A DNA stretch of 63,988 nt, the filler included, from Reclinomonas americana ATCC 50394 (taxonomy: Eukaryota), in NCBI GenBank assembly GCA_048213135.1. It is 15 parts of 15 records of this genome, joined end to end, with 100 filler letters (N's around TTAATTAATTAA, not from the genome) between each part and the next. Parts side by side here need not be neighbours in the genome. Positions count along the whole stretch, not along the records: positions 28,950 to 33,547 come from AFZH01016953.1; positions 33,648 to 36,212 come from AFZH01016955.1; positions 36,313 to 42,350 come from AFZH01016956.1; positions 42,451 to 43,512 come from AFZH01016957.1; positions 43,613 to 50,504 come from AFZH01016959.1; positions 50,605 to 57,289 come from AFZH01016961.1; 9 more parts are not named here. One strand, 5' to 3'. The notes beneath the pieces were generated by a model. The model did no database searches and was not told where the DNA came from. It saw only the letters and a list, made by a program, of their open reading frames with translations. This document shows, in pieces, positions 32,497 to 51,315 of the stretch. The translations under genes were made by a program, and so were the position numbers. Within the stretch, counting starts at the first letter, position 1. Each line of letters starts with the position of its first letter.

Positions 32497-33760
32497 GTTG
32501 GGTGAGTGGAGGAGATGAGAGAAATGGAGGGAGGGAGAGAGAGAGAGAAACGGGCGTAGAAGTCTACATATTACGTTTGTTTGTCTAGTCACACTGTTTT
32601 GATTGCGTGCCTATTTGCACGTGTTCCGTTTCTCTTCCTCAGCCCCACTCTTCGTTGTGCAATCGAAGCACTCACTCACCTAGTTGCAAACATGCGTATT
32701 TTCTCGCTTGTGTCCGTACGCGCTGCAATCCAAGTGTTTATTCTCCTGCGACACACTCATTCTTTCCACGCACACACGTCAACAACCTGACATCTGTATT
32801 TTTTTCTTGCGGCGCTGCATGTTCTGCCACCTGCACGCGCTGCAACCCGAGCACAATCTTTTTCTCTGACGACTCAACACGCCTTCGATCCCTTTCTCAC
32901 TCTCATGTTATGCAGCACATGCACGCATTCCTTGTTTCTCGTTCAGCTTCCTGCACCTGCTTTTCAAGTCTTACTTGTGGCTCTTGATTCTCGCTTCTGC
33001 TAGCATGCGCTGCTCACTCACCCGCAATACTTGCATGACACTTGCTTTCACGATCTTGTGCGTGCAACACATGTGTGATTCTCGCTTCTTTGTGCACATG
33101 TCTTGCATCCAGGCACCTGCTCTTTCGCCTGCAGCACCAGCACACACACACGCACACACACACATGCACACACACGCACACACACACACGCACACACACA
33201 CACACACGCACACACAGACACACGCACACACACACATACACACACACGCACACACACGCACACGCAAGCACACACGCACACACCCATAATGCACACAATA
33301 CACACACATACATACATTCACACACACGTAGGCTACGCGCTTCTTCCACACAAGCGTTGCTCTCACTTCGCAAACTCGCTTAGTCCTCGTGTCATTTCTA
33401 CTCCTCGCCCTTTGCCCCTCTTTCTACTCCACGCCCTTTGCCCCTCTTTCTACTCCTCGCCCTTTGCCCCTCTTTCTACTCCCCGCCCTTTGCCCCTCTC
33501 GTCCCCTTCCCCCTCTCCTCACCCTTCCCCCTCTCCTCACCCTTCCCNNNNNNNNNNNNNNNNNNNNNNNNNNNNNNNNNNNNNNNNNNNNTTAATTAAT
33601 TAANNNNNNNNNNNNNNNNNNNNNNNNNNNNNNNNNNNNNNNNNNNNCTCCCTCCCTCCTCTCTCTCTCTCTCTCACTCTCTCCCTCACCTCCCTCTCTC
33701 TCTTCTCCCTCTCTCACTTCTCTCTCTTTCTGCATTCCTGACTCTTGCATCTCTATGCAG

Positions 33761-36145
33761 TCAATGGTCCAACCAGTACAAGTTCAACAGCACAGGCGCC
33801 TTCACAGCACTGTCGCAGGTGAGTGCTTGTTGTGTTCGGATTTGCATGCACAACTCTTTCTTCTCTTGTTCTCCTTGTCAGCATGATCTCCAGTGTTTTC
33901 AAGTCCCTCCGCTCATGCTCTGGTGTTCATTTTCCTCTATTCTCCTTGTGTTCTGGGGTTGGAACGCTGTCTTTCTGCGAGTGTTGTGCTGTTGTTAAAG
34001 GGGTACTCGTGGAGAAGAGTTGGAGAAGTAATTATGTGTTTGTATATTGTTGGTGTGCCAAGGTCATTGTCGGCAAGGGATTTGTGGGCGTTTATCGCAT
34101 TATTGGAATGTGGTGAATGAAGTGTTTTGTTGTTGATCGTGTTCTTTCTCTCCTCTGTGTTTCCGAGGTTCGTGCCATGTGCGATCTCCTGTGGCGTGTT
34201 TCCTCCTTTTCCCCTCTCATTCTCGGCCTGTGTTGCTGTCTCCTTGATTCCGTTGTTCGTCATTTCTGGTCTCCCGTGCGACTATTTCGTTTCCCCTTCT
34301 CTCTGTCTTCCTCGCTCCCTTTCCTTTCTTCCCTCCGCCTCTCTGAAATCAAAAAACAATCTTCCGTATCCATTCAATCTCTTCCCCTCCCCTTATCCCC
34401 TCCCTCCCCCTTTCCCACCCTTTCAGATGCAAGTGGAAACCAGCGCCAACTCTGTCGTCTTCACCCTCTGCTGGTTCCAGCGCTCCGTCGACACCCCCGG
34501 ACCCATCTACCGCCGCAACTCCACCACCCCCACCGACGACGAATTGACCGCCATTGTGCGCCAGGCGCAGTCGCTGGGTCTGCGTGTCATGATCCGCCCG
34601 CTGGTCGATCCCGACTGGGCGTTCCCCGACACGAAAGGGTGAGCTTGGTGGAGACGAATGTGGTTCCAGCCTTTGCTCACCCATGCGCAGCACCGCCCGC
34701 TGGGCCATTGGCCGCCTCTTCTCCGAGAGTCAGTGGGACGCCTGGTTCGCCTCCTACAGCGATTTCATCTGGCACTACGCCGCCCTCGCGCAGGAGTTGC
34801 ATGTTGATCAGTTTTGCGTTGGTGGGGAGCTGCTGATTGCGGCCTGGCATGAGAATCGGTGGCGAAGTGTTGCGTGCGCACGTGCCAGGGAGTATATGAG
34901 GTCGGGGAGACTTATTGTAGAAGCAGGTGATCAGCGGCGTCCGTGCACGGTACTCGGGGCCAATCACATACACGGATATTTACGGCAATGAGTTCTTCAT
35001 TGGGTTTTGGGATGGTGCGTGGTGGCTTGCGCGTGGGATTTACTGTGGTGTGGCATGCGCTGACTTGCATTTGGTTGTATGTGTGTTTGTGATCTGCCTG
35101 GCTGCTCGTGGTACTGGCGTTTGTGCTGATATTTCTCTCCTGTTCTCTCTCTCTCTCTCTCTTTGTTTCTCTTTCGCTCTCTCACTCTTTCTCTCTTTCT
35201 CTCTTCCTCTCTCTATTGTGTGTGCACCGCTACTGTTCCCCACGTGGTGAACGTTATTTCATTTGTGTGACTGTGATATCGTACAATCTCTTCGTCGTTT
35301 TCTTCTCTTGCTCGCGCTGTCTCTCTGTCTATTGTGTGTGTGTAACGCATGTTCGTCTTGCGATGGACATGACACCGTGCTGTTTCGATATCTGTGTACT
35401 CTATTCGGCGTTCTCTCCTCTCTCTTTTTCTTCGTGATTCTACATTTTATGTTGCCTCTGCGCTGCATCCGTCTCTTCTGTCATCTCGTCTCTCTCCCCA
35501 TTCCTTCGTCGCGTTTCTCTTGTATTATCGCCGCGTTCCTCTGTTGCAACATGTTCGCCAGCCCTCGACTACATTGGTTCGTTTCATTCTCATGCTCCAC
35601 TTCTGTGTTTGCATTCACACCTGCATCGCAGGAATCGACGCTTATTACGGTCTCGACGCCACCAACCCCACTCCCGACGTGGACGACCTGGTGAACGCCT
35701 GGCAGCCCATCATGCAGTCGCTCAGTGCGCTGTCGGAGAAGTACAAGGTGCGGCGGATGGGCATGTGTTTCCTGATACCACGAGCTGACTGGATTGCCCA
35801 GAAACCCGTCATCTTTGGCGAGATTGGCTACTGCTCGGTAAGCGCGAGAGGTCTTGTGTCACGCAAGCGGACTGCTAACTGATGTGATGTTTCTTACCAT
35901 TTCTCCCTCCCTCTCGCTCTTCTCTCTCTCTCTCTCTCTCTCCATCTCTCCATCTCTCCATTTCTCTCCATCTTTCTCTCCATCTCCCTCTCCATTTCTC
36001 TCCATCTCCCTCTCCATCTCGCTCTCCATCTCTCCATCTTTCTTTCTCCCTGTCTCCCTCTCTGTCTCTGTTTCCCTCTCTGTCTTTGTCTCTCCATCTC
36101 TCCATCTCTCCATCTCTCCATCTCTCCATCTTTCTCTCCATCTTG

Positions 36146-36212
<67 letters not shown>

Positions 36213-36764
36213 NNNNNNNNNNNNNNNNNNNNNNNNNNNNNNNNNNNNNNNNNNNNTTAATTAATTAANNNNNNNNNNNNNNNNNNNNNNNNNNNNNNNN
36301 NNNNNNNNNNNNTCTCTTGTCTCTCCGTGTCTCTCTCTTTGTCTCACGGTGTCTCTCTCTTTGTCTTTCTCTTCCTCGGATCTTCCTCTCTTTTCTCAGT
36401 CTCTCTTTCTTTCTCTGTGTCTCTTTCTGTCTCTCTCGTTGTCTGTCTCTTCGTTGGATCTTCCTCTCTTTCCCATCTCGCTCTCTCTCTCTCTTGTGTC
36501 TCTTTCTGTCTCTCTCTTTTCTCTCTCTTCCTTGGATCTTCCTCTCCTTTCTTGGTCTTTCTTGTCTCTCTCTTTCTCTCCAATAATGGCTTTCTCTTCT
36601 CCACACTCACTCAATCACCTTCTCCGTCACAGACGTGGTTCCAGGGCGTGTACTTTTGGGCATGGCTCACTGACCCCGCCGACGGCGGTCCAACGAACAC
36701 AAATTACTCGCTGCACGGGAAGCCGGGAGTGGAGGCGATTATCAAGAGGAATTTTGAGGGTTGA
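33761..36764 (+). CDS. GH113-like glycoside hydrolase (beta-mannanase-type TIM barrel), paralog A; the first exon and one internal exon were not found and may lie in the adjacent gaps
   Basis: Exons are 33761-33818, 34427-34638, 34691-34868, 34927-35014, 35562-35576, about 35631-35747, about 35802-35837 and 36633-36764. Motifs: TPTDDEL..AQSLGLRVMIRP, WFASY, CVGGEL, YSGPITY, FWDALDYIGIDAYY, KPVIFGEIGY, WFQGVYFWAW and GKP. Confidence 0.85.
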
Positions 36765-36989
36765 GTGAATGGTGAATGATGGTTGTCTTAATGGGGTTGC
36801 GTGGCCTCACACCAAGTGCTTGGAGAAATACCGACGTCGACAGTCACGCAAGTGACTGTTTTCATTGTCGCAGCAACAAAGTAAAATTGTGACATAAAGG
36901 GAGGTGGTGAGTGCACTGCTGCAACAGGCAGGTGCACCATGAGGCTTGATCACTGTGAAGTGCATTGTTGCAGGACATTTGAGTGACTG

Positions 36990-37137
36990 ATGTGGAGACG
37001 AACAGGCCTCGCACTTCTCTGTTTGCAGGCGCTGTGTCTCACATGTGCACTGTTGATGGTGCAAGCGAGTCCACAGAAGCAGAATGGATTCAACTTTTTG
37101 AATGGGTGAGGAAGAGTGAGGGAAGGAGAGAGAGTGA

Positions 37138-37176
<39 letters not shown>

Positions 37177-40100
37177 TAGATAAGAGTGCGTGTTGTGGGA
37201 ATGAGTGAAGGAGTGGGGACCTCGAGATGCGTAACGGGCGACCAGAGAGGCAGCCATGCAGAGAGGCAGAGGCGGAGAAATGGACTTCTGAAGGTGATAT
37301 CAACGAGAGAGTGAGAGAGAGAAGAGATGGGAGAGAGGATCCGAGAGGCAGCAATGCAGACAACCAGAGGGAGGCAGAGGCGGAGAAATGGACGAGTGAG
37401 ACTGATAGACAGAGAGAGAGAGAGAGAGGTAGAGGTGCAGAGAAGCTGAGAGCCACCACCTCAGTGAGAGAAGAGAAGCGCAGAGAACGAGAGAGACATC
37501 TCGAGAGCCGTGACTGAGAATGTAACAAGGCACAGACAGTCCAAGAGCCTCAAAGAGTGAATGGATGATGAGAAGATATCAATCAAACGAGGGAAGATCA
37601 GGATGCAGTCAGTCAAACTCAGCCATAACTATTCAAGAACACTGAGAGGCAAGTCTGCTCATTTACTCCATTCCCCCTCTCCCCTCTCCTGCGACAGTGA
37701 ATGGTCCAATGCCTTCAAGTACGACAGCGCTGGAGCCTCCGACTCGCTCTCTCAAGTTCCATCCAATCCACTCCACTCCACTCCTTCTTCTTCTGCTCTC
37801 CGCTCACTCACTCCCAACCACAGTTACACTCCCAGACGCAGGCCAACTGGATCACACTGACCTACTGCTGGTTCCAGCGCTCCATTGACCTCCCAGGACC
37901 CATCTATGCGCGCAACCAGACCACGCCCACTGACGAGCAGCTGACGGCGATTGTCAAGCGAGCGCACGCACTCGGCGTGCGTGTCATGCTGCGACCGCTA
38001 GTCGACCCCGACTGGTCGTTTCCCGACACGCAAAAGTGCGTGCATCATCCCACACACATTTCGCCCCGTCTCCTCCTTGCTGCGTGCTGGCGTTCTATTC
38101 AGTATTCTCACTCTGGCCGTGCTCTGTCACTCACCTGCTCTCTTCCATCATGCGTGGCTTGGGTTGTTTCGCGTTTCCCGTGCTCTTTCTGCACTCCCTT
38201 CTCGTCCTCTCGTTGTCATGCGATTTCTTCATTTTTCATTGTTCAGACCCCACTTCACTCCTTCCCTTCATAGTATCCCACAGTGTTCCCATCCACCTCC
38301 GCATCCGTCGCCTTCAAGCAGATTCCCCCCATTGCCGTCCTCATTCCCTCCTTCCCTTTTGCCTGCCAGCCTGTCCTCCTTTTCTCTTCTCACCAACCCT
38401 CGCCGTCTTTTTCCATCCTTCCACCACACTCCACTTCCATTGTCTTCTCCTCCCCTCCCTTGTACCGTTCATTCTGCCCCGCTCTTTCCTCATATCCTCG
38501 CGCACCCACCAACCTGTCCTCCTTTTCTCAACTCACCACCTCCTCGCCGTCTCCCTCCATCCTTCCTCCCGCAATCCTCTTTCCATCTTCTTCTCCTCCC
38601 CTCCCTTGTTCCTTTCATTCTGCCTCACGCTTCCTCAATTCTCGCGCACCCACCTAACTGTCCTCCTAATCCTCCACGCCGTCTCCTTCCATCCTGCCTC
38701 CCGCAATCTTCTTTCCGTCTTCTCCTCCTCCTTCCCATTTGCCCTTTCTTCGGCCCCGCTCTTTCAACATATCCTCGCGCACCCACCAGCCAGTCCTCCT
38801 TTTCTCCTCTCACCACCTTCACACTGTCTCCTTCCATCTTTCCGTCTTCTCCTCCTCCCCTCCACTGTGCCCTTCATACTTTCCCGCTCTTTCCTCATAT
38901 CCTCGCGCACCCACCAACCTGTCCTCCGTTTCTCTTCTCGCCACCTCCTCGCCGTCTCCTTCCATCCTTCCACCACACTCCACTTTTCATTGTCTTCTCC
39001 TCCCCTCCCTTGTACCGTTCATTCAACTCCACGCTTCCTCAATTCTCGCGCACCAGCAAGCATTTCCTCCCTGTCCTCCTCTCACCACCTCCTCGCCGTC
39101 TCCTTCATCCTTCCTCCCGCAATCCTCTTTCCATTGTCTTCTCCTCCCCTCCCGTGTGCCCTTTCTTCTGCCCCACTGTTTCCTCAATTCCTGGAGCACT
39201 CACCTAACTGTCCTCCCCTCACCACCTCCTCGCCGTCTCCTTCCATCCTTCCTCCCGCAATCCTCTTTCCGTCTTCTCCTCCTCCCCTCCCGTGTTCCTT
39301 TCATTCTGCCCCACGCTCTCCTCATTTCTCGCGCACCCACCTAACTGTCCTCCTAATCCTCCTCTCGCCACCTCCACGCCGTCTCCTTCCATCCTGCCTC
39401 CCGCAATCCTCTTTCCATCTTCTTCTCCTCCCCTCCCCTGTGCCCTTCATTCTGCCCCGCTCTTTCCTCTTATCTTCGCGCACCCACCTAATCCTCCTCT
39501 CGCCGCCTCCACGCCATCACCGTTCTTCCGTTCTCCGTCTTCCTCCCATCTCCCGTCGCCGTTTCAAGTCTAATCCTCCTTCCCCTCTTCTTCTCTTCCC
39601 TCGCAACAGCACCTGGCGCGGCATGATTGGCCGGAACTTCTCCCCCGACGACTGGAACACCTGGTTCGCCTCGTATCAGGCCTTTATCTGGCGATACGCG
39701 TCGCTGGCGGCCGCGGTGGGTGCCGATCAGTTTTGCGTGGGTGGCGAGTTGGTGATTGCGGCGCTGCAGGAGCAGCATTGGCGGGCAGTTGAGTAGGGGG
39801 TGCGGAGGAGGGGATAGGGCAAGGGGAGGGAGGGAGGGAGGGATAAGGAGAGAAGAGAGAACGAGAGAGAGGGAGAAATCAGAGAGGAAAGCAGGAGGAG
39901 TATGAGATGGATGAAGGAAAGAGACAGGCGGACGGGAGAGAGACAAGGAAGGAAGAGGGTGAGGGAAGGAAGAGGGAAAGAAGAGAAATGGAGAAATAGT
40001 GGGAGTAAATGATGTTAGTGGGCGAGGTCGATTGGGAAGAGAAGAGTGGAGAAGAGTGAAGAGAGGGTAAGATAAAAGAGGCGAGAGGAGAGACGGAATA

Positions 40101-41960
40101 CTGAGAGACAAGGGTGGGTGAGAAAAAAAGGAGGGTGAATGAGTGCGAGGATGAGTGAGAGACGGCTGGATGGAAGAGAGAGAATGATCTCTGCAGATTG
40201 GGACAAGATGAGATTCAACTCAAGAGAACCATTCTCTTCTTTTCCTGACGTTCATTCCACTGTCGATCACAGGTAATTGCTGGTGTGCGAGAGCGATATC
40301 ACGGTCCCATCACTTACAATGCGAATCATGGAAACGAGGAGAATGTGGCGTTCTGGGACGGTGCGATCACAGTTTTTTTGCGCATCATCATCAGTATCGC
40401 CTCTCACAAATTGTTGTGTTGCCCTTTATTTGTCGGCAGCCGTTGACCTGATCGGTACGCTCATGTTCGTGAGGAAGCTGTTGGCACACCTGTTTTGACA
40501 CGTTCAGCGCTCCACAGGCATCGATGCGTATTACCCACTGGCGCCCGACAACTTGAACCCGACGGTAACGGACTTGGTGCAGGCGTGGCAGCCGATTGTG
40601 AATGAGCTGCAGGGCATGTCGGCCAAGTACAATGTTGCGTTGCTTGTGTGATGCCTCTGGTGAGATTGCTGGCTCACTGCGTCGTTGCAGCGCACTGTTA
40701 TTTTTGGCGAGATTGGCTACTGTTCGGTGAGTGGTGCGGGGGGAATGGGGAGAGGGGGACGGATTGTTGACGAGGAAGAGAGATGAGAGGGAGGGAGAGA
40801 GCGAGAGAGCGAGAGAACGGAGGCAGATGGAGGAAGAGAGACATGTGGAGACGAACAGTGGAGAGCGAACGAGATCGTCGACGTTTCAATGAATGCAGCA
40901 AGAGAATGAGTGCCTTACGGGAGACAGGCAGAGTGAGGAACAAGAGAATCGTCAGTGAGAAACACAGTGAGTAATGAGTGAGGGGCACAAGGCAGTTCGC
41001 GAGCTGAAGCGGAGACGAACGCGAATGGCATTTGTATTAAGGAGTGCATGTGAACAGTCACTAACGGTGAGAGCACAAGCGCTGAGAAACGAAGAAGACA
41101 GTGAAGACGTTTAAAGTGTGAGACGAACAGAAGGATTGAGGGCATGGAAAAGGCGCATGAACTGCAATTCGGCCAGTCACTGACGGGTGAGAATAGATGC
41201 GTGGAGGACAGATGGAGACACTGAAGGTGTAGAAAGCAGAGATAACAAGAGAGAAGCGCGTAAGATTGGCGGAAGGCAATGAACCAGTCAGTAAGAGATG
41301 GTAGCAGATCCGTTGAGGAACGAAGGCGACTGCAAAGATATAAAGCAGAGACACAGAGAGCAATGAGAGGTTAGAGAGCAGGCACAAGGAACTGCGACGC
41401 GACCGAGCAGTGAGAACAGATCGTGGAATGACAATGGCAACCGCGGGAGCGAAGACAGAGACTGAATAGAAGAATTGGGAGCCAGGAGAGACGAGGAGTA
41501 AATCGTGTCATTGCGTGGCGACAGGCTGATTCTCTCACCTCTGCGCAGTCGGCGCAAACGAATGTCGACCCTGCGCACTGCACGGACAACAAGACTCTCG
41601 ATCCTGCCGCACAGGAGGTGGCCTACCGAGCATTCTTCGAGGCGGTGTACTCGCAGGTGAGGAGCTGTAGCACGTGTGTTGGCGAGAGTGCACGTCCGAT
41701 CTGTGAGAGCAACAATAAGCAGAATCTGAGCTCTGTTGTGCCATGTCTCGATACCCGTGTCTGCCTCTCTCATGCGACCCCCCCTCCCGCAGCCATGGTT
41801 CACCGGCGTGTACTTTTGGGCGTGGCTCACCGATCCGCAGGATGGTGGCGCCACCGACGGCGGCTTCACCGTGCACAACAAACCCGGAGTGGAGCAAATC
41901 ATTCGTGGATTCTTCACCGGCCAGACGCAGGTTGCGCTGATTCGCAGTGAAGCAGTGTAA
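36990..41960 (+). CDS. GH113-like glycoside hydrolase, paralog B; complete 10-exon model with a signal peptide
   Basis: Exons are 36990-37105 (MWRRTGLALLCLQALCLTCALLMVQA..QNGFNF), 37698-37755, 37824-38035, 39610-39787, 40273-40360, 40440-40454, about 40518-40633, 40691-40726, about 41549-41657 and 41793-41960, all in frame. The putative catalytic Glu residues are in GGEL and FGEIGY. Confidence 0.88.
38360..39500. repeat. Intronic CT-rich degenerate minisatellite
   Basis: The motifs tcgcgcacccacc and cctcgccgtctccttccatcc...cccgcaatcctctttcc recur inside a 1574-nt intron. Confidence 0.8.
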
Positions 41961-42450
41961 GACTGACTTTGTTGTGCCTTTTCCCGGAGATTGGGTGCAA
42001 GTGCGTCAAGTTCGTGCACTGCACCACGCATTGTGCGGTGATAATCGCAGTTCTCGACTTGTTCGAAGCTCCGAGAGCTAACAAAACCTGCCACTGCCGC
42101 ATGCCTTGGGTGTTTGTTTTGACGGTGTCAAGGGGCATGGACGCAAGATACAAGGGCCTTTTGAGGAGAACTGGCTTCTTGACGACTCTCGCAGTGAGTG
42201 GCTTGGACAGTGACAGGGCAGGAGAGGACAGATGGCACTGTTTATCAACTGAATGAGGCTGGTGATTCTCGGAGAGCACTGCTTTCATCGCGAGCTGTCA
42301 AGGGTCCTTGTGTTACGATCAAAGCGTGCAGGCCAGTGATAGTTACTGTTNNNNNNNNNNNNNNNNNNNNNNNNNNNNNNNNNNNNNNNNNNNNTTAATT
42401 AATTAANNNNNNNNNNNNNNNNNNNNNNNNNNNNNNNNNNNNNNNNNNNN

Positions 42451-43043
42451 GTATACTGAGGTTTCTGGAAGAGGAGAACGGAGCAGTCACAACCGTAATC
42501 CGATTGTATCTGTCCGTTCTTCTCTTGTTTGTATTCACAAAGAGCGTGTTGTGACTGCTGTTCCTCTGGAAGAAAATAGGGCATGACAGCCGGACGACGC
42601 ATGTGTTTACCTCCTTCCCGAGCTCTTGTCCTGTTCGTCTCAGTGCTCAACTTGCGTTCGCTCAAGAGGTTCTTGGACCAACCATGACCACTTAGTTGCA
42701 CTTTCAAGGGTCAAGGGCGATGCAGTTACCGTGCCCGGGTCCTTCTGCGCCAATCCAAGAAGCCAAATCAACGGCCAACAGGGTAGCCGCTAGATACTAT
42801 TACACCAAGACGACCAGGGCGCTCGCAGATGACCTCATTCACACCCCCTTCACGAGAAAACGAACAAACGTCGCATGTCCACGTGTCCCGCGCATCTTTC
42901 CATCTACGTAAACCCTCCGTCACATCGCGCGGAGTTGTTGCTCTGCAAGTGAGCAAGTCTCACACTAAAACAAACAAACAACAAAGGAGAGGAAGAACAG
43001 GCCACTCACTCCACGAGCAAAGTGAGTTGGCGATCACTGACAT
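42451..43043 (-). CDS. Possible small-exon gene of unknown function
   Basis: High-complexity sequence with plausible splice sites (for example tag|YLAATLLAVDLASWIGAEGPGH G|gtaact) and an ATG at 43043. There is no recognisable motif and no convincing full model. Confidence 0.25.
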
Positions 43044-43362
43044 GGCGCACATCTCTTTTCTCTCTCCCTCTCTCTCTCATTGCTCTCTCTCTCTCTTTGT
43101 GTGCAGAACAAAAGGATGTTGGCTCTGTTGGTCCGACGGACGACCGGTGAGCTCTTTATTTCTTGTGTTGTCGCATCTTTTTTCACGCTTTGTGATGAGT
43201 GAGTGTGAGAGTGTGAGTGTGAGTGAGTGAGTGAGTGTGTGAGAGAGAGAGAGAGAGTGACAAGCATTGTAATGTAAGAGAGTGCATGTGTGAGAGACAG
43301 CTCATTGTTGATGTCACTCAGTGAATGTTTGTGCATGAGAGAGAGAGAGCGCGAGGGCGAGG

Positions 43363-43407
<45 letters not shown>

Positions 43408-43612
43408 TGTGTGTGCGAGTGAGAGAGAGAGAGACGACACTAGTATATAGTAAGTAAGAAAGACGCGCACACTACTCTCTCACACTCTCTCTCTCTCTCT
43501 CTCTCGACTCACNNNNNNNNNNNNNNNNNNNNNNNNNNNNNNNNNNNNNNNNNNNNTTAATTAATTAANNNNNNNNNNNNNNNNNNNNNNNNNNNNNNNN
43601 NNNNNNNNNNNN

Positions 43613-43684
<72 letters not shown>

Positions 43685-44396
43685 AGAGAATGTGTGTGTG
43701 TGTGTGTAGAGTTTGGTTCTTTTCAGATTGTCACTTGTCTCGCTCTACTTCGATGTACTAATCAGCCCACTCTTCGCTCAGTCTCAGTTTGCTCCCTCTG
43801 CTCCAGCAGACGCATGTACCCCTCTGTCTGTTTCAATTGTCCTCCAAATTGTACCTTGATCTCTTTCTCATTCGCCTCTTTCTGACTGCATCCTTTCCTC
43901 TCATTCTCCTCCTTCACTTCTACCACTTCTGGATTGGGCAAAAGAGATACAATTAGAAGGAAAGGAGAGGAGAAGGGAAAAGAGAAGAGGGAAGCTGAAG
44001 GGGAAAGTGTTCTCCTTTCTCTCATTCTCTTCCCCCCATTCTCTTCGCCCTCGTCACTCCTTTCCCAGTTCTCCTCCTCATTCGTCTCTGTTTCGCTCCT
44101 TCCTCTCCCCACTTGGGTGGGGCAATAGAGATACGAAAGAAGGAAAGGAGAGGAGAAGACAGGAGAAAAGAAGGGGACGGAGAAGTGGGAAGCTGAACTG
44201 AGAAGAGTCCTCTTTTCTCTCATTTTCTTCCCTATGCACTAGCCCCTCGTCACTCCTTTCTCCAGTTCTCCTCCTCATTCGTCTCTCTCACTACTTCCTT
44301 TCCCCCTTCCCCTTCCCCTTTCCCTCCCTTCCCCTTCCCCTTCCCCTCTTCTCACCCTTCCCCTTTATTCCCCTCTCACCCCCTTTCCCTCTCCAG

Positions 44397-50088
<5,692 letters not shown>

Positions 50089-50604
50089 AGTTTGCGTGTG
50101 TGTGTGTGTGTGTGTGTGCAAAGTGTCTCGTATTGAAGAAGCTGAGAAAACGACAACGACAAACAAGTGTGGCGAGCAGACTGCGCGCTGCGTGTTGCTC
50201 CAGACATCGTGCAGTTGTTTGTGCTTGTGGCGCACAGGGCAGGCCTTGTTTTATCGCTTCTCTCTCTCTCTCTCTCTTCACCGTGTTGTGTTCATGCGTG
50301 CCGCTGCTGCATGTTCGTGAGGTTGTTTATTGCAGATCAACGGACAGCCGGTTGGACCGCCGGTGAGCACCTTCCTTGTGTCTCTCCCTCTCCCTCCCTC
50401 TCTCCTGACTAGTACCGTACATCCGCTTGGCCTACAGCAGCTTTCGTCTTTCCGCCTCTACGCCACCTCTCCGCAGTCTCACCCTTGTCTCTCCCCCTTT
50501 ACATNNNNNNNNNNNNNNNNNNNNNNNNNNNNNNNNNNNNNNNNNNNNTTAATTAATTAANNNNNNNNNNNNNNNNNNNNNNNNNNNNNNNNNNNNNNNN
50601 NNNN

Positions 50605-50650
<46 letters not shown>

Positions 50651-51025
50651 TGCCCAGGGTGCGCGTACTGGGTGAGAATCGGCTCATAGTCGATCCGATC
50701 GATCGATTTTCTCAATCGCAAACAATCGGTGAGCATAAGCCACGTCTCTCTCACTCTCTCTCTCCCTCTTCTCCCTCGTTGTGTTCGTGTATGTGTGTGT
50801 ATCTCTCTCTCTCTCTTCCACGTCATTCTTGTCACTTCTCCTCTTCTCCTCTCTCTCTCTCCACACATTCTTTCCTATTTCGCTGCATGTTGTGCATTGT
50901 AGTTTGCACTCTCACGTGCACCTCCTTCTCTCTCTCCCTCCCTCTTATCTTGCTGTCTGCCTCTCACAATCGTCTCATCCCCCAAATGTCTGTGTTCTTC
51001 TCTTCCTCGCACAGGGAGGGGCAAC

Positions 51026-51278
51026 ATGCCGCGCACCAAACATGTCCGCCACTCCACCGCTATTGTGTGCCTCCTCGTACTGTTGTCACTGACTGCGCTG
51101 TGCCGCACTGCAGCCGCTGCAGGTGAGTGCACTCAAACACACATTGTTAGCACACTCCGTGAACTCTGCGCGAACACCGGGGAGGAGGACATACTTGCTG
51201 TTGTTTCGCGCGCGCGTGCGCACTCTCACCTGGTCTTTGATATCATTCTCCGTTCGGCCATCTCGTGTGCACCTGTTG

Positions 51279-51315
<37 letters not shown>

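Noticed and set aside
32497..32508. agt|GTTGGGT as an additional shifted donor
   Set aside because: An ordinary gg|GTGAGT lies 5 nt downstream and the next exon is unknown, so phase cannot decide between them; it was excluded from the count.
38036..39796. 586-aa Leu/Ser/Pro/Phe ORF and similar ORFs (48346-50088 in part, 45335-46251, 30408-31346)
   Set aside because: CT-rich intron sequence lacks stop codons; only the embedded exon portions are coding.
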